64,000 nt of DNA from Clostridia bacterium (GCA_017959065.1 JAGDBK010000064.1:1775-65774), one strand, 5' to 3'. Positions 48,500-57,633 are shown, numbered from the stretch's first letter. Program-made: numbers and translations. Notes: generated from the sequence alone by a model not told the origin.

Positions 48500-49084
48500 A
48501 TGAGCCTGAAAGAACGTGTTTACAGCGTGCTCGTAGTTTCGGCTTCTGAGACGCTTAATGAAGCGCTTCACTCTATTCTTTCTGAGTCCAGATATAATCC
48601 TGCTTTTACTGTCAGCAGCATCGGTTCCGCCAAGAGGATGCTTGCAGAGCGCAGTTTCGATTTCATTATCATTAATTCTCCGCTCCCGGACGATGTCGGT
48701 ATCCGTCTTGCCATAGATATGGGAGGATCGAAAGACACGGTGGTGCTTCTGCTTTCAAAGAGCGATGTCCATGACGAAATATACGATGAAGTCGCGGAAC
48801 ACGGCGTTTTCACCCTGCCCAAGCCCACCTCAAAAGCTCTGATATCCAATGCTCTGAACTGGATGTCGGTAATGAGGGAACGTATACGGAAAAACAACAT
48901 CAAGACTCTTTCCGTTGAGGAAAAGATGGAAGAGATCAGAGTGGTCAACAGGGCAAAATGGATGCTGATAAGCAAGTGCGGAATGACGGAAGAAGACGCT
49001 CACCGGTTTATAGAAAAACAGGCCATGGACCGATGTGTTCCCAAGAAAGAGATAGCGGAGACCATAATCAGCAAGTATTCGTGA
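48500..49084 (+). CDS. ANTAR-domain RNA-binding regulator with an atypical (pseudo-)receiver domain
   Basis: ATG 48500 is 6 nt after SD AAAGGAGG. The ANTAR region is EEIRVVNRAKWMLISKCGMTEEDAHRFIEKQAMDRCVPKKEIAETII. The receiver-like N-terminus has VVSAS and IIINSPLPDD at the acidic-pocket and phospho-acceptor positions. Confidence 0.8.
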   Translation: MSLKERVYSVLVVSASETLNEALHSILSESRYNPAFTVSSIGSAKRMLAERSFDFIIINSPLPDDVGIRLAIDMGGSKDTVVLLLSKSDVHDEIYDEVAEHGVFTLPKPTSKALISNALNWMSVMRERIRKNNIKTLSVEEKMEEIRVVNRAKWMLISKCGMTEEDAHRFIEKQAMDRCVPKKEIAETIISKYS

Positions 49085-49116
49085 AAAAAAGTCACCCGTT
49101 ACGGGTGACTTTTTTG
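49085..49116. terminator. Bidirectional intrinsic terminator
   Basis: AAAAAAA-GTCACCCG-tta-CGGGTGAC-TTTTTT. Confidence 0.8.
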
Positions 49117-50268
49117 TCATTTTCTTTTGAAATACTCGTAGAACAGGCAGGGTATCATTCCGTTATACAGCTTTTTGATCTTGTCCGCTTTTCTTCCGTA
49201 AAGCTTTTGGAATTCGGGGTGAGATGTAAGGATGTAAATCTGCCAGTTGTCAAGAGTGGAAAAATGCCTGCCCATTTTGCGGTAGAGACTATCTACTCCA
49301 CCCGGGACGCTTATTCTTTCCCCGTAAGGGGGATTTGATACGATCGTACCTCTCCTGCCCATAGTGGTGATCGCAAGCGCGTCTTTTACAAAGACTTTAA
49401 CGTTGTCTCCGACCCCCGCGTTCTGCACGCATAGTCCTGCTGTTTGAGTTGCGGAAGGATCAATGTCGGAGGCGTATGCTTCGAACGGGCTTCTTCTGAC
49501 CAGAGATTCCGCTTCATCCCGTGCATGTCTCCATATCCTGCGGTCGATCTGAGGAAATGATTCGGATGAGAACCCGCGGTTTTTACCGGGAGCGGAGTTT
49601 GTCATTATCAAAGCGGCTTCTATAGCTATCGTTCCGGACCCGCAGAAAGGATCCCAGAACAGTACGTCTTCCCGCGGTCTGGATATCGTTGCGAGGGCGG
49701 CAGCCAGAGTTTCTCTCAGAGGAGCGGTAAACTGCTGAGGACGGTATCCCCTTTTGTGCAGAGGTGCCCCGGACGTTTCTATCATTACAGATACATTGTC
49801 CTTCAAAATGAAGAACTCGATTCTGTATTTCACGCCGGTCTCTTTGAACCATGATATCCCGTAAACCGATTCCAGCCGCTGTACGATTGCTTTTTTTATA
49901 ATGCTCTGGCAGTCCGGAACGGAGAAAAGCGTACTTTTAATACTGTGTCCGGTTACGGGGAACGAATCATCTTTGGATATCCATTCTTCCCAAGGAATCC
50001 GTTTTACACCGTCAAAAAGCTCGGTGAAAGAAACAGCATTGAATTCGGAGAGCCTGATATAAAGGCGTTCGGCATATCTTGCAAAAATGTTGAAACGTGC
50101 AACGGCGTCAATATCGCCGCTGAAAGTCACTCTGCCGTCTATTGTTTCGATCTTCTTATATCCGAGCGCGGTGATCTCCTCGCCGAGCAGATGCTCGAGC
50201 CCGAAAAGACAGGTTGCTACAAATGTCAAAACAGCGCTTCCTTTCCAACCGGTTTCGCTTAAAAACAT
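49117..50268 (-). CDS. THUMP-domain class I SAM-dependent RNA methyltransferase (RlmL/YpsC-like)
   Basis: Motifs TCLFGLEHLLGEEI, DPFCGSGTI and VSNPPYGERI. Confidence 0.85.
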   Translation of the reverse strand: MFLSETGWKGSAVLTFVATCLFGLEHLLGEEITALGYKKIETIDGRVTFSGDIDAVARFNIFARYAERLYIRLSEFNAVSFTELFDGVKRIPWEEWISKDDSFPVTGHSIKSTLFSVPDCQSIIKKAIVQRLESVYGISWFKETGVKYRIEFFILKDNVSVMIETSGAPLHKRGYRPQQFTAPLRETLAAALATISRPREDVLFWDPFCGSGTIAIEAALIMTNSAPGKNRGFSSESFPQIDRRIWRHARDEAESLVRRSPFEAYASDIDPSATQTAGLCVQNAGVGDNVKVFVKDALAITTMGRRGTIVSNPPYGERISVPGGVDSLYRKMGRHFSTLDNWQIYILTSHPEFQKLYGRKADKIKKLYNGMIPCLFYEYFKRK

Positions 50269-50461
50269 GAAACCGGTCAGGATTATTATACCAAAACAAC
50301 TGCCGCAAAAAAACCCGTTTTCCTAAACAGTTCCTATTTTGGAAAATGCTTTTTTAAAATACTGCGGAAAGTTAAAAAAGGCAAAAAAGAATAAATATCC
50401 GTTTTTCGCCCTTTAGAATGCATATTAAACGATTATTTATTGCAAACAAGTTGAACATTAA

Positions 50462-50490
50462 AACATATTGTGGTATAATTCTTGCAGATT
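50462..50490 (+). promoter_or_regulatory. Sigma-A promoter of the amino-acid ABC transporter operon
   Basis: TTGAAC (50462-50467), 17-nt spacer, TATAAT (50485-50490), preceded by TGg. Confidence 0.65.
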
Positions 50491-50519
50491 TTTTAATTCT
50501 TTTTACGGAGGGATTATTA

Positions 50520-51275
50520 ATGAAAAAAATTATAGTCTTATTGCTCTGCGTAGCATTTATTCTTGTATGCTTTGCGGGCTGCGGAAATGCCGAGCCTGCC
50601 GGTGATAATACTGAGAAGAAAGTATATAAGATGGGCACAAACGCTGCATTTCCGCCTTATGAGTATAAGGAAGGCGAAAAATTCGTAGGCATCGATGTCG
50701 AAATCGCGACCGCGATAGCAGAAAAGCTCGGCGGTACTCTTGAAGTGGTCGACATGAACTTTGATTCCATCATTACTTCAGTGACGCAGAACGAAGTCGA
50801 TTTCGGTATGGCGGGCATGACGGTAAGACCCGACAGAGAGGAATATGTTGACTTCTCCTCAAGCTATGCTACCGGTGTCCAGTGCGTAATAGTCAAGGCG
50901 GATTCGTCCATAGCTTCGATCGAGGATCTTGCGGGAAAGAAGATAGGTACTCAGCTCGGTACCACCGGGTTTATGTATGCTTCTGATGACTATGGAGAAG
51001 AAAACGTTATCGGATATGACAAAGGCGCTGATGCTGTCATCGCTCTGAAGGGCGGCGACGTCGACGCTGTCATCATTGACAATGAGCCGGCAAAGGTTTA
51101 TGTTGAAGAAAACGCAGGGTTGACAATACTTGAGACCAAGTATGCGATCGAGGATTATGCTATAGCCGTAAACAAAGGCAATACCGAACTTCTCGACAAA
51201 ATCAACAAGGCGCTTGAGGAACTGACTGCTGACGGCACAATAGACGCAATCATTGCAAAATACATCAAGGCGTAA
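50520..51275 (+). CDS. Amino-acid ABC transporter substrate-binding lipoprotein (family 3)
   Basis: Start refined to ATG 50520 (SD GGAGGGA). Lipobox CFAGCG. Motifs AFPPYEY, GIDVEIA and FGMAGMT. Confidence 0.88.
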   Translation: MKKIIVLLLCVAFILVCFAGCGNAEPAGDNTEKKVYKMGTNAAFPPYEYKEGEKFVGIDVEIATAIAEKLGGTLEVVDMNFDSIITSVTQNEVDFGMAGMTVRPDREEYVDFSSSYATGVQCVIVKADSSIASIEDLAGKKIGTQLGTTGFMYASDDYGEENVIGYDKGADAVIALKGGDVDAVIIDNEPAKVYVEENAGLTILETKYAIEDYAIAVNKGNTELLDKINKALEELTADGTIDAIIAKYIKA

Positions 51276-51298
51276 AAACTGTTTTTGAATAATATGGT

Positions 51299-51352
51299 TT
51301 TTAACGGGGATTGCCGCTGCGTGCCGCAATCCCCGTTAAAGTATTCTTTTTT
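51299..51352 (+). terminator. Intra-operon hairpin/attenuator between the SBP and permease genes
   Basis: 15-bp stem TTTAACGGGGATTGC / GCAATCCCCGTTAAA, followed by GTATTCTTTTTT. Confidence 0.6.
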
Positions 51353-51397
51353 CATATCAGTTCAGGACTTTTGAAAGAATCTGGAGGTTTGGACCTT

Positions 51398-52786
51398 ATG
51401 TCAAAGAAGAAGGTCATTATTATCGCAGCTGCGGCAGTTCTGCTTATCGCCGGGGTGCTGTTCGTTCTCTTTGTGTCTGTCGGCGGGAACAAAAAAAGCA
51501 GGGAGATTGCTGTCGAAGAGGCCGAGAATCTTATAAAAAGTACCTTTGATGCCGCTGCCGTTTCCAAACCTCTTGAGGCGATTTCGCAGAAATACAGTTT
51601 CAAGGTCAATTCCTTGGAATACGGGAACGAGAAAGACATTATTGCCGAGTGCGAGATCAGTTCTGTCAGAGTCGCGGAAGTGATAAGAAACAATTACAGC
51701 AGTTTCCTTTCTTCCGATGTGAAAAAACTTAACGGCCTGATGTACAAATCTGCGCTGGATTTCAAAATAGAGTTCGAAAAGAAGCTGACAGAACTGGTCG
51801 ATACCGCAGAGGGCTTTTCGGAAACGAGAAACATCCGGATATATGATACCGAGGACAGAGGGCTGGTCGTATATACAGACGATGACCTGGTCGATACGGT
51901 TTACGGCGGAATCATAACCGTGATCGATGAGATAGGCGGTATTGAATCATATCAGACGGTCGAAGACGGGAAGACCGTGGAGAAGAAGATCGAGTCAACA
52001 AACGTAAAGAAAGGTCTTATTCAGGCGATCTCTCCAAGATACGATCCTACGGTGCCGGACACATCCAATGCGCTTGGCAGATGGTGGAATGGAGTCAAGA
52101 AGGATTTCGTAAACAACTTTATAATGTATGACAGATGGACGACCATCTTCAAGGGGCTGGCTGTTACCATTGAACTGACAGTACTGGCGCTGCTTATAGG
52201 AATTATTATCGGTTTCGCCGTTGCTTTTGTCAGATGCACTCATGACTGCCGGCCAAAGAACGGTCCTTTGATCTCTGTGCTCAACGCGGTTTCAAAAGTT
52301 TATCTGACCGTGATACGCGGAACGCCTGTTGTCGTCCAGATAATGATCATCTATTTTGTCATTTTCATGCCTCTGCGGGTTAACAAGTTTCTTTCAGCTG
52401 TTATTTGCTTCGGATTGAATTCCGGTGCATATGTCGCAGAGATCGTCAGAGGTGGGATCATGTCTGTCGACGCAGGTCAGAGCGAAGCCGGAAGGAGTCT
52501 TGGGTTCAGCTATGCGGCAACGATGACTTATATCATATTCCCGCAGGCGTTCAAGGCAGTTCTCCCTGCATTGGCAAATGAATTCGTAGTGCTTCTCAAA
52601 GAGACTTCCATCGCTTTCTATATCGGCCTTGGGGATCTTATGTATGCGGGGAATGCGATCAGGGCAGCGACTTACAGCCCGTTCATGCCGCTTGTGGCTG
52701 TTGCTCTCATCTATCTGGTTATGGTCGTCGGTCTCTCGAATCTTGTCGGAAGATTAGAAAAAAAGCTCAGGAGCAGTGACAGGTGA
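51398..52786 (+). CDS. Amino-acid ABC transporter permease fused to a ~245-aa N-terminal extracytoplasmic domain
   Basis: ATG 51398 (SD GGAGG). N-terminal TM segment [21 protein letters not shown]. The C-terminal HisM/GlnP-type core contains [23 protein letters not shown]. Confidence 0.85.
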   Translation: MSKKKVIIIAAAAVLLIAGVLFVLFVSVGGNKKSREIAVEEAENLIKSTFDAAAVSKPLEAISQKYSFKVNSLEYGNEKDIIAECEISSVRVAEVIRNNYSSFLSSDVKKLNGLMYKSALDFKIEFEKKLTELVDTAEGFSETRNIRIYDTEDRGLVVYTDDDLVDTVYGGIITVIDEIGGIESYQTVEDGKTVEKKIESTNVKKGLIQAISPRYDPTVPDTSNALGRWWNGVKKDFVNNFIMYDRWTTIFKGLAVTIELTVLALLIGIIIGFAVAFVRCTHDCRPKNGPLISVLNAVSKVYLTVIRGTPVVVQIMIIYFVIFMPLRVNKFLSAVICFGLNSGAYVAEIVRGGIMSVDAGQSEAGRSLGFSYAATMTYIIFPQAFKAVLPALANEFVVLLKETSIAFYIGLGDLMYAGNAIRAATYSPFMPLVAVALIYLVMVVGLSNLVGRLEKKLRSSDR

Positions 52787-52787
52787 T

Positions 52788-53558
52788 ATGAGTACGGTTG
52801 AAAACAGGACGCAAAAGGGCGAAGTCATAATTAAGGTCACTGACCTCAAAAAAAGCTACAAGGAAACCATTCACGCTCTCCGCGGGGTGAGTCTGGAAGT
52901 CAAAAAAGGAGAGGTGGTTGTCATAATCGGTCCTTCCGGCAGCGGAAAGTCCACGATCCTGAGATCTCTGAACCTTCTGGAGATCCCCACTTCCGGGAAA
53001 ATCTATTTTGAAGGGGAGGATATCACGAGCCACAAGGCGGATCTTAACAGAATCCGCCAGAAAATGGGCATGGTATTCCAGCAGTTCAACCTTTTTCCGC
53101 ACATGACCGTTTTAAAGAATATGACGATCGCCCCGAGAAAACTGCTGAAACTGACCAAAGAGGAAGCCGAAACAAAGGCAATTAAACTTCTTGAAAAGGT
53201 CGGACTGGCCGACCGAGCCGACGCATATCCGAGTCAGCTTTCCGGGGGACAGAAGCAGAGAGTCGCAATAGTCAGAGCGCTTTGCATGGAGCCTGACGTT
53301 ATGCTGTTTGACGAGCCGACGTCCGCGCTCGACCCGGAAATGGTGGGAGAGGTCCTGGAAGTTATGAAGAGACTTGCAAAGGACGGTATGACCATGGTCG
53401 TGGTAACGCACGAGATGGGGTTCGCACGGGAAGTCGCCGACAGAATAATCTTTATGAGCGACGGGCTCATTGTGGAAGAAGGAAGCCCGGAGGAAATTTT
53501 CGACAGGCCGAAAAACGACAGGACAAGGGAATTCTGCAGACGTGTCAGCAGCCAGTGA
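52788..53558 (+). CDS. Amino-acid ABC transporter ATP-binding protein
   Basis: Motifs [24 protein letters not shown] and [14 protein letters not shown] 52788 lies 1 nt after the permease stop. Confidence 0.93.
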   Translation: MSTVENRTQKGEVIIKVTDLKKSYKETIHALRGVSLEVKKGEVVVIIGPSGSGKSTILRSLNLLEIPTSGKIYFEGEDITSHKADLNRIRQKMGMVFQQFNLFPHMTVLKNMTIAPRKLLKLTKEEAETKAIKLLEKVGLADRADAYPSQLSGGQKQRVAIVRALCMEPDVMLFDEPTSALDPEMVGEVLEVMKRLAKDGMTMVVVTHEMGFAREVADRIIFMSDGLIVEEGSPEEIFDRPKNDRTREFCRRVSSQ

Positions 53559-53635
53559 TCACAAAACCAGGTGTCCTTTTCCGATAATTAATCAAGTCTT
53601 CAGGTCTCCGTCGTTTATGCCGGGTTCCCTGAAAC

Positions 53636-53664
53636 TTGACAATAATGCGTAATAGTGGTAAGAT
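53636..53664 (+). promoter_or_regulatory. Sigma-A promoter of the NahK-like kinase gene
   Basis: TTGACA (53636-53641), 17-nt spacer, TGg-TAAGAT (53659-53664). Confidence 0.6.
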
Positions 53665-53699
53665 AAAAATCCACGATAATTATCTGGATGAGGAAGAAA

Positions 53700-54815
53700 A
53701 TGAGAAAAGAAGATATTAAGAGCGTTGCGGAAAAGTTTGATCTTCCCGGCAGGTTTGAGGCATGCGAAGAAATAACCGCCGGGAATATTAATACCACTTA
53801 CAAGGTCGTATTTAAAGAAGAATCCGGAAAAGAAAACAGTTACGTTCTTCAGAGAATCAATACGGTAGCGTTCAAGGATCCGGTCGGACTTATGAACAAT
53901 GTTCGTCTTGTAACTTCCTATATAGAGCAGGAGCTGTTGAGCCAGGGCGTGAAAGACACCAAGCGCAGAGTGCTCCACTTCATTCCGTCAATGTATGGAG
54001 ATATTCTTTATGAGGAGAACGGGAATTACTGGAGAGTTGCTCATTTTATAGACAATGCTATCGCTTATGATCTGATAACCGACCCCCGCCAGTTATACGA
54101 GGCGGGCAGAGGGTTCGGAGAATTTCAGAGACTTCTTTCTGAATTTCCGGCGGAGAAGTTAACGGAAACCATCCCGAATTTCCATAACACGAAGAAGAGA
54201 TTTGAAGCGTTTGAAGAATCGGTTAAAGAAGATCCCGTTGGAAGAGTCGGTTCCGTCCGTGAAGAAATCGAGTTTCTCATGGAAAGAAAAGAAAAGATGG
54301 GCAGAATCGTCGAACTCATAGAAGACGGGACTATTCCCCTGAGAGTGACCCATAACGACACCAAACTCAATAATGTTATGCTGGATAAAGACACCGGAAA
54401 GGCGGTATGTGTCATTGATCTTGACACTGTGATGCCCGGTACAGTCCTGTATGATTACGGCGATGCGATCAGATACGGCGCAAATACCGCGGCTGAGGAT
54501 GAGGAGGATGTATCGCTTGTCGGACTGGATATGAATCTGTTTCGTCTGTTTACAGACGGCTTTGTGTCGGAGACCGCGTCCGTGCTTACTGATCCTGAGA
54601 TCCAGTATCTTCCTTTCGGCGCATATGTTATGACTGCCGAACTGGTGCTGAGATTCCTTAAAGACTATATTGACGGCGACGTTTATTTTAGAGTCAAGAG
54701 ACCGGGACACAATCTTATCAGGACAAGAGCTCAGAAAAAACTTCTGGAGAGCATAGAGACTCATTATGACGAGATGTGCGGATATGTACAGAATCTGATC
54801 GCCAAAAAAGACTGA
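53700..54815 (+). CDS. N-acetylhexosamine 1-kinase-like phosphotransferase (NahK/LnpB-like, APH fold)
   Basis: Motifs GNINTTYKV, QRINTVAFKDP, IPLRVTHNDTKLNNVMLD, VIDLDTVMPG and HNLIRTRAQKKL. These closely parallel Bifidobacterium NahK as I recall it. The start is ATG 53700 or 53688. Confidence 0.75.
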   Translation: MRKEDIKSVAEKFDLPGRFEACEEITAGNINTTYKVVFKEESGKENSYVLQRINTVAFKDPVGLMNNVRLVTSYIEQELLSQGVKDTKRRVLHFIPSMYGDILYEENGNYWRVAHFIDNAIAYDLITDPRQLYEAGRGFGEFQRLLSEFPAEKLTETIPNFHNTKKRFEAFEESVKEDPVGRVGSVREEIEFLMERKEKMGRIVELIEDGTIPLRVTHNDTKLNNVMLDKDTGKAVCVIDLDTVMPGTVLYDYGDAIRYGANTAAEDEEDVSLVGLDMNLFRLFTDGFVSETASVLTDPEIQYLPFGAYVMTAELVLRFLKDYIDGDVYFRVKRPGHNLIRTRAQKKLLESIETHYDEMCGYVQNLIAKKD

Positions 54816-54826
54816 CAGCAATATCA

Positions 54827-54873
54827 AAAGACCCGTCCGGGAGCGGAAATGGTTCCGCCCGGACGGGTCTTTT
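54827..54873. terminator. Bidirectional intrinsic terminator
   Basis: 15-bp stem AAAGACCCGTCCGGG / CCCGGACGGGTCTTT, extendable by a flanking A-T pair within the A/T-runs. Confidence 0.8.
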
Positions 54874-54899
54874 CAATTTGACTGTTTCCGCCGCGGATA

Positions 54900-56159
54900 T
54901 CAATACTGATACAGATCGGCGAACGGCTCAAGTTTATCAAGATTGAACATGGTATCTTCGATATCATTGCGATGATACCATTTGCCTCTGGTAAAGTCGG
55001 GGAAGAATACCGTGGCGCCAGAAAGAGCAATCGACTGCTCGCTCAAAGCGGTAATTGCCATATATGTTGCCGTGTCGTAAGTATCTATCGGAGGCCTGGT
55101 CTGGGTCCTGACGGATTCGAAAAACGCACTTAAAACAAGCCAGTCCATTCCACCGTGTCCGCCGTGGGCGGAATAATTCTCCCAGATCTTGTGCTTGTAC
55201 TTCTCAACGTATTCTTCAGCATTGCCCCACATACCGTTCTGGGACCAAATGAAATCGTCGTGGACTTCATCCAGAAATACGCTGTAATTGTCTTCGCAAT
55301 AAAATCCGTTGGTGCCTCTGATGGTAAAGCCCCTTGAATACGGGCGTGCCATGCTAGTATCCAGGGTAAGGACGACTGTCTGACCGCACTGGCACTTCAG
55401 GATCGTAGTGACTACATCTCCCTGATAGAAGTTCACGTTTGCAAGCGGCGTGTCCTTGTGCTCGCCGCGCATTACGAACTCATGAAGTCCTTTCGAACAG
55501 GAAGCGACGGAATTCAGGGTCATGATCCTGTTACCGTTATTGATGTCAAGGACCTTGGCGATCGGGCCGAATTCATGAGTCGGGTAATTCTCGCAGTTTC
55601 TGTTTATGTAATTACGGAGTCTGTAATGACGTTCTTCCTTGCCGTATGTTATCTCTCCTCTCAGGTCGTGGTGATAACCGCCTGCGCAATGGACAATCGT
55701 GCCGAAAAGCCCGCTGCGGACCATATTCAGGACAGACAGCTCTTCTCTGCCGTAACAGCAGTTTTCCAGAAGCATGCAGTGTTTGCCTGTTTCTTCGTAT
55801 GTCCTGACGAGCTGCCAGCAGTCTTCAACGGAATAAGCGCCTCCGACTTCGGTGGCAGCCTGAAGTCCTGCTTTCATTGCAGCCATGGCTACTTCAAGAT
55901 GCGATTCCCATGCGGATGAAATGACGACTGCTTTAAGGCCTGATACAGCGATCGCTTCCTTATAGTCCGTAAAAGCTGCCGGACGGGGATAACCGGCTTT
56001 CTCAACGATGTCTGCTGCTCTTTTTGCACGGTCTTCGTAAACGTCGCATACAGAGACTACTCTAATGTCACGCTCACACATTGGAAGGATTTCACTCTGA
56101 AGCAAACCTGTTCCGCGTCCGCCGAATCCGATGATCGCAATGTTGATGTAATTGTTCAT
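54900..56159 (-). CDS. Gfo/Idh/MocA-family oxidoreductase, GH109-like size and architecture
   Basis: Rossmann N-terminus IAIIGFGGRGTG; 419 aa; no signal peptide. The GH109 (NAD-dependent glycosidase) assignment is only an inference. Confidence 0.7.
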   Translation of the reverse strand: MNNYINIAIIGFGGRGTGLLQSEILPMCERDIRVVSVCDVYEDRAKRAADIVEKAGYPRPAAFTDYKEAIAVSGLKAVVISSAWESHLEVAMAAMKAGLQAATEVGGAYSVEDCWQLVRTYEETGKHCMLLENCCYGREELSVLNMVRSGLFGTIVHCAGGYHHDLRGEITYGKEERHYRLRNYINRNCENYPTHEFGPIAKVLDINNGNRIMTLNSVASCSKGLHEFVMRGEHKDTPLANVNFYQGDVVTTILKCQCGQTVVLTLDTSMARPYSRGFTIRGTNGFYCEDNYSVFLDEVHDDFIWSQNGMWGNAEEYVEKYKHKIWENYSAHGGHGGMDWLVLSAFFESVRTQTRPPIDTYDTATYMAITALSEQSIALSGATVFFPDFTRGKWYHRNDIEDTMFNLDKLEPFADLYQY

Positions 56160-56387
56160 TTTGGCTTTACCTCCGTAAAAATGGCTGAAAAACGTGAAAA
56201 CGCACCGGTAAGCTGCTGCATGTGAGGCAGATAAATCCGAACGTTTTCTTGGATAATTATATCATATTGAAATCAGGCAAAACAAGAAAAATACAATCTT
56301 TTTTCTTGATAAGTTTTTATCCGTCCGGAAGATGCTCTTTGATGCGGACAGCTGGTAATTATATCTGGAATAAGTATTGTTTTGCCG

Positions 56388-56942
56388 TTATCTGATTTTT
56401 TTGATCATAGAATATTCGTTGAGCAGTTTTCCGTCTTTCAAACGGATGGCATCAGGTTTGATACCGGTTATTCTGAATCCGAATTTTTCATACATAGCCC
56501 TTGCGCGGGTGTTCCCTTCAATGAAATCAAGTTCTATCTGAATGATTTTTTCGTTTTTCTTTGCGATCTCAATCAGTTCCTGAAACATTCTGGTACCGAT
56601 CCCCTGTCCCCAGTAATCACGCAGGACAGCGACAGCGACGCTCGCACGATGGCAGGTCTTTATGGACTTGCTCCATGAAATCTGGCAGACTCCGGCAATT
56701 ATTCCGTCAATCTGGCAGACGAGCATTGCTTCGTTTTCCGAATTGTTGACCCTGTTAATAAGGGTTTTCTCGCCTTCAGCCGTATACTTGCCGCACTCTT
56801 CCGGGTATCTGAGCAGATAATCCGTTTCCCCGGCTGTAATTCGGAGATAATCGAGCATACCGGGAATGTCTTCATCATTCGGACATCTGATCAGTGCGCT
56901 TCTTCCATCCTTCAGCGTGAAATCTATTTCCTGAATAATCAT
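56388..56942 (-). CDS. GNAT-family N-acetyltransferase
   Basis: Start refined to ATG 56942 (SD AAAGGAAAA). The acetyl-CoA loop is RDYWGQGIGTRMFQELI. Confidence 0.85.
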   Translation of the reverse strand: MIIQEIDFTLKDGRSALIRCPNDEDIPGMLDYLRITAGETDYLLRYPEECGKYTAEGEKTLINRVNNSENEAMLVCQIDGIIAGVCQISWSKSIKTCHRASVAVAVLRDYWGQGIGTRMFQELIEIAKKNEKIIQIELDFIEGNTRARAMYEKFGFRITGIKPDAIRLKDGKLLNEYSMIKKIR

Positions 56943-57008
56943 TTGTTTTCCTTTCTCAATATGAAAACAAACCTCTTTTGCTTTCTGAAACAAAAGAGGT
57001 TTGTCTGG

Positions 57009-57100
57009 TGGCGGAGAAGGAGAGATTTGAACTCTCGCGCCGGTTACCCGGCCTACACCCTTAGCAGGGGCGCCTCTTCGGCCAACTTGAGTACTTCTCC
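57009..57100 (-). tRNA. tRNA-Ser (anticodon GCU), CCA encoded
   Basis: The reverse complement reads GGAGAAGTACTCAAGTTGGCCGAAGAGGCGCCCCTGCTAAGGGTGTAGGCCGGGTAACCGGCGCGAGAGTTCAAATCTCTCCTTCTCCGCCA. Acceptor stem is GGAGAAG/CTTCTCC, anticodon loop is CUGCUAA, the variable arm is long, and the T-loop is GTTCAAATC. Confidence 0.93.
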
Positions 57101-57124
57101 AAAAACTCGTCTCGAGCCGTGAAG

Positions 57125-57153
57125 ATTATAACATAGAGAAAAGGGTTTTTCAA
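57125..57153 (-). promoter_or_regulatory. Sigma-A promoter of tRNA-Ser
   Basis: On the minus strand: TTGAAA (57153..57148), 17-nt spacer, TATAAT (57130..57125), about 25 nt upstream of the tRNA 5' end. Confidence 0.65.
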
Positions 57154-57241
57154 TAGAAATAATAAAAAACCCGCTTAAGCAGAACTTGAGATGACCTCTG
57201 AGTACGGTGAGACGGCCGGTATTAACAAATACAGAAAACAT

Positions 57242-57290
57242 CCGCGGCAGCAGCCGGGTTAACAACCCGCGGCAGCAGCCGGGTTAACAA
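57242..57290 (+). repeat. Perfect tandem direct repeat, 2 x 24 nt (25-nt period)
   Basis: CCGCGGCAGCAGCCGGGTTAACAA occurs at 57242-57265 and again at 57267-57290, ending 5 nt before the thrS -35 box. Confidence 0.95.
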
Positions 57291-57295
57291 TTCAC

Positions 57296-57324
57296 TTGAC
57301 TTTCTCAGAAAAAAGGTATAGACT
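57296..57324 (+). promoter_or_regulatory. Putative promoter of the thrS T-box leader
   Basis: TTGACT (57296-57301), 17-nt spacer, TAGACT (57319-57324). An alternative -10 is TATAGA with a 15-nt spacer. Confidence 0.5.
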
Positions 57325-57334
57325 ATACGCGCGG

Positions 57335-57521
57335 GATATGGTTCACTTCCTTTATTTCCTTACAGAGAGGATGTCCTGTGGCTGAGAGACATCTGTGACG
57401 GGGATATGAATTACCACCTGCGTGGAAAAAATCATATTATTGGACTTGAAAGTTAAAAATACGGGTGGAACCGTGCAGTGTTGTCTGCACCCCGGAGCGA
57501 GATGTATGTCGCTCCTTTTTT
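57335..57521 (+). promoter_or_regulatory. T-box riboswitch leader (Thr specifier ACC) with terminator
   Basis: Stem I has the AGAGAG element (57363-57368). The candidate specifier is GAATT-ACC-A (about 57408-57417). The T-box sequence is AAATACGGGTGGAACCGTG (57456-57474). The terminator is GGAGCGA (57494-57500) / TCGCTCC (57509-57515) plus T6. Confidence 0.85.
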
Positions 57522-57633
57522 GTTTTCGTCCGGAATGTGGGTTTCAATGGTTCGGACATGTGATTGCCTTGTGATCAATGCGGGGCGGCAGCCCGGTAAA
57601 TAATAAATAATAATTATTGTAAGGATGATGGGA

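Noticed and set aside
57242-57290. Whether the 24-nt repeats could be a minimal CRISPR array
   Set aside because: There are only two copies separated by a single nucleotide, so there are no spacers. No cas genes are in the window, and the repeats sit in a promoter region.
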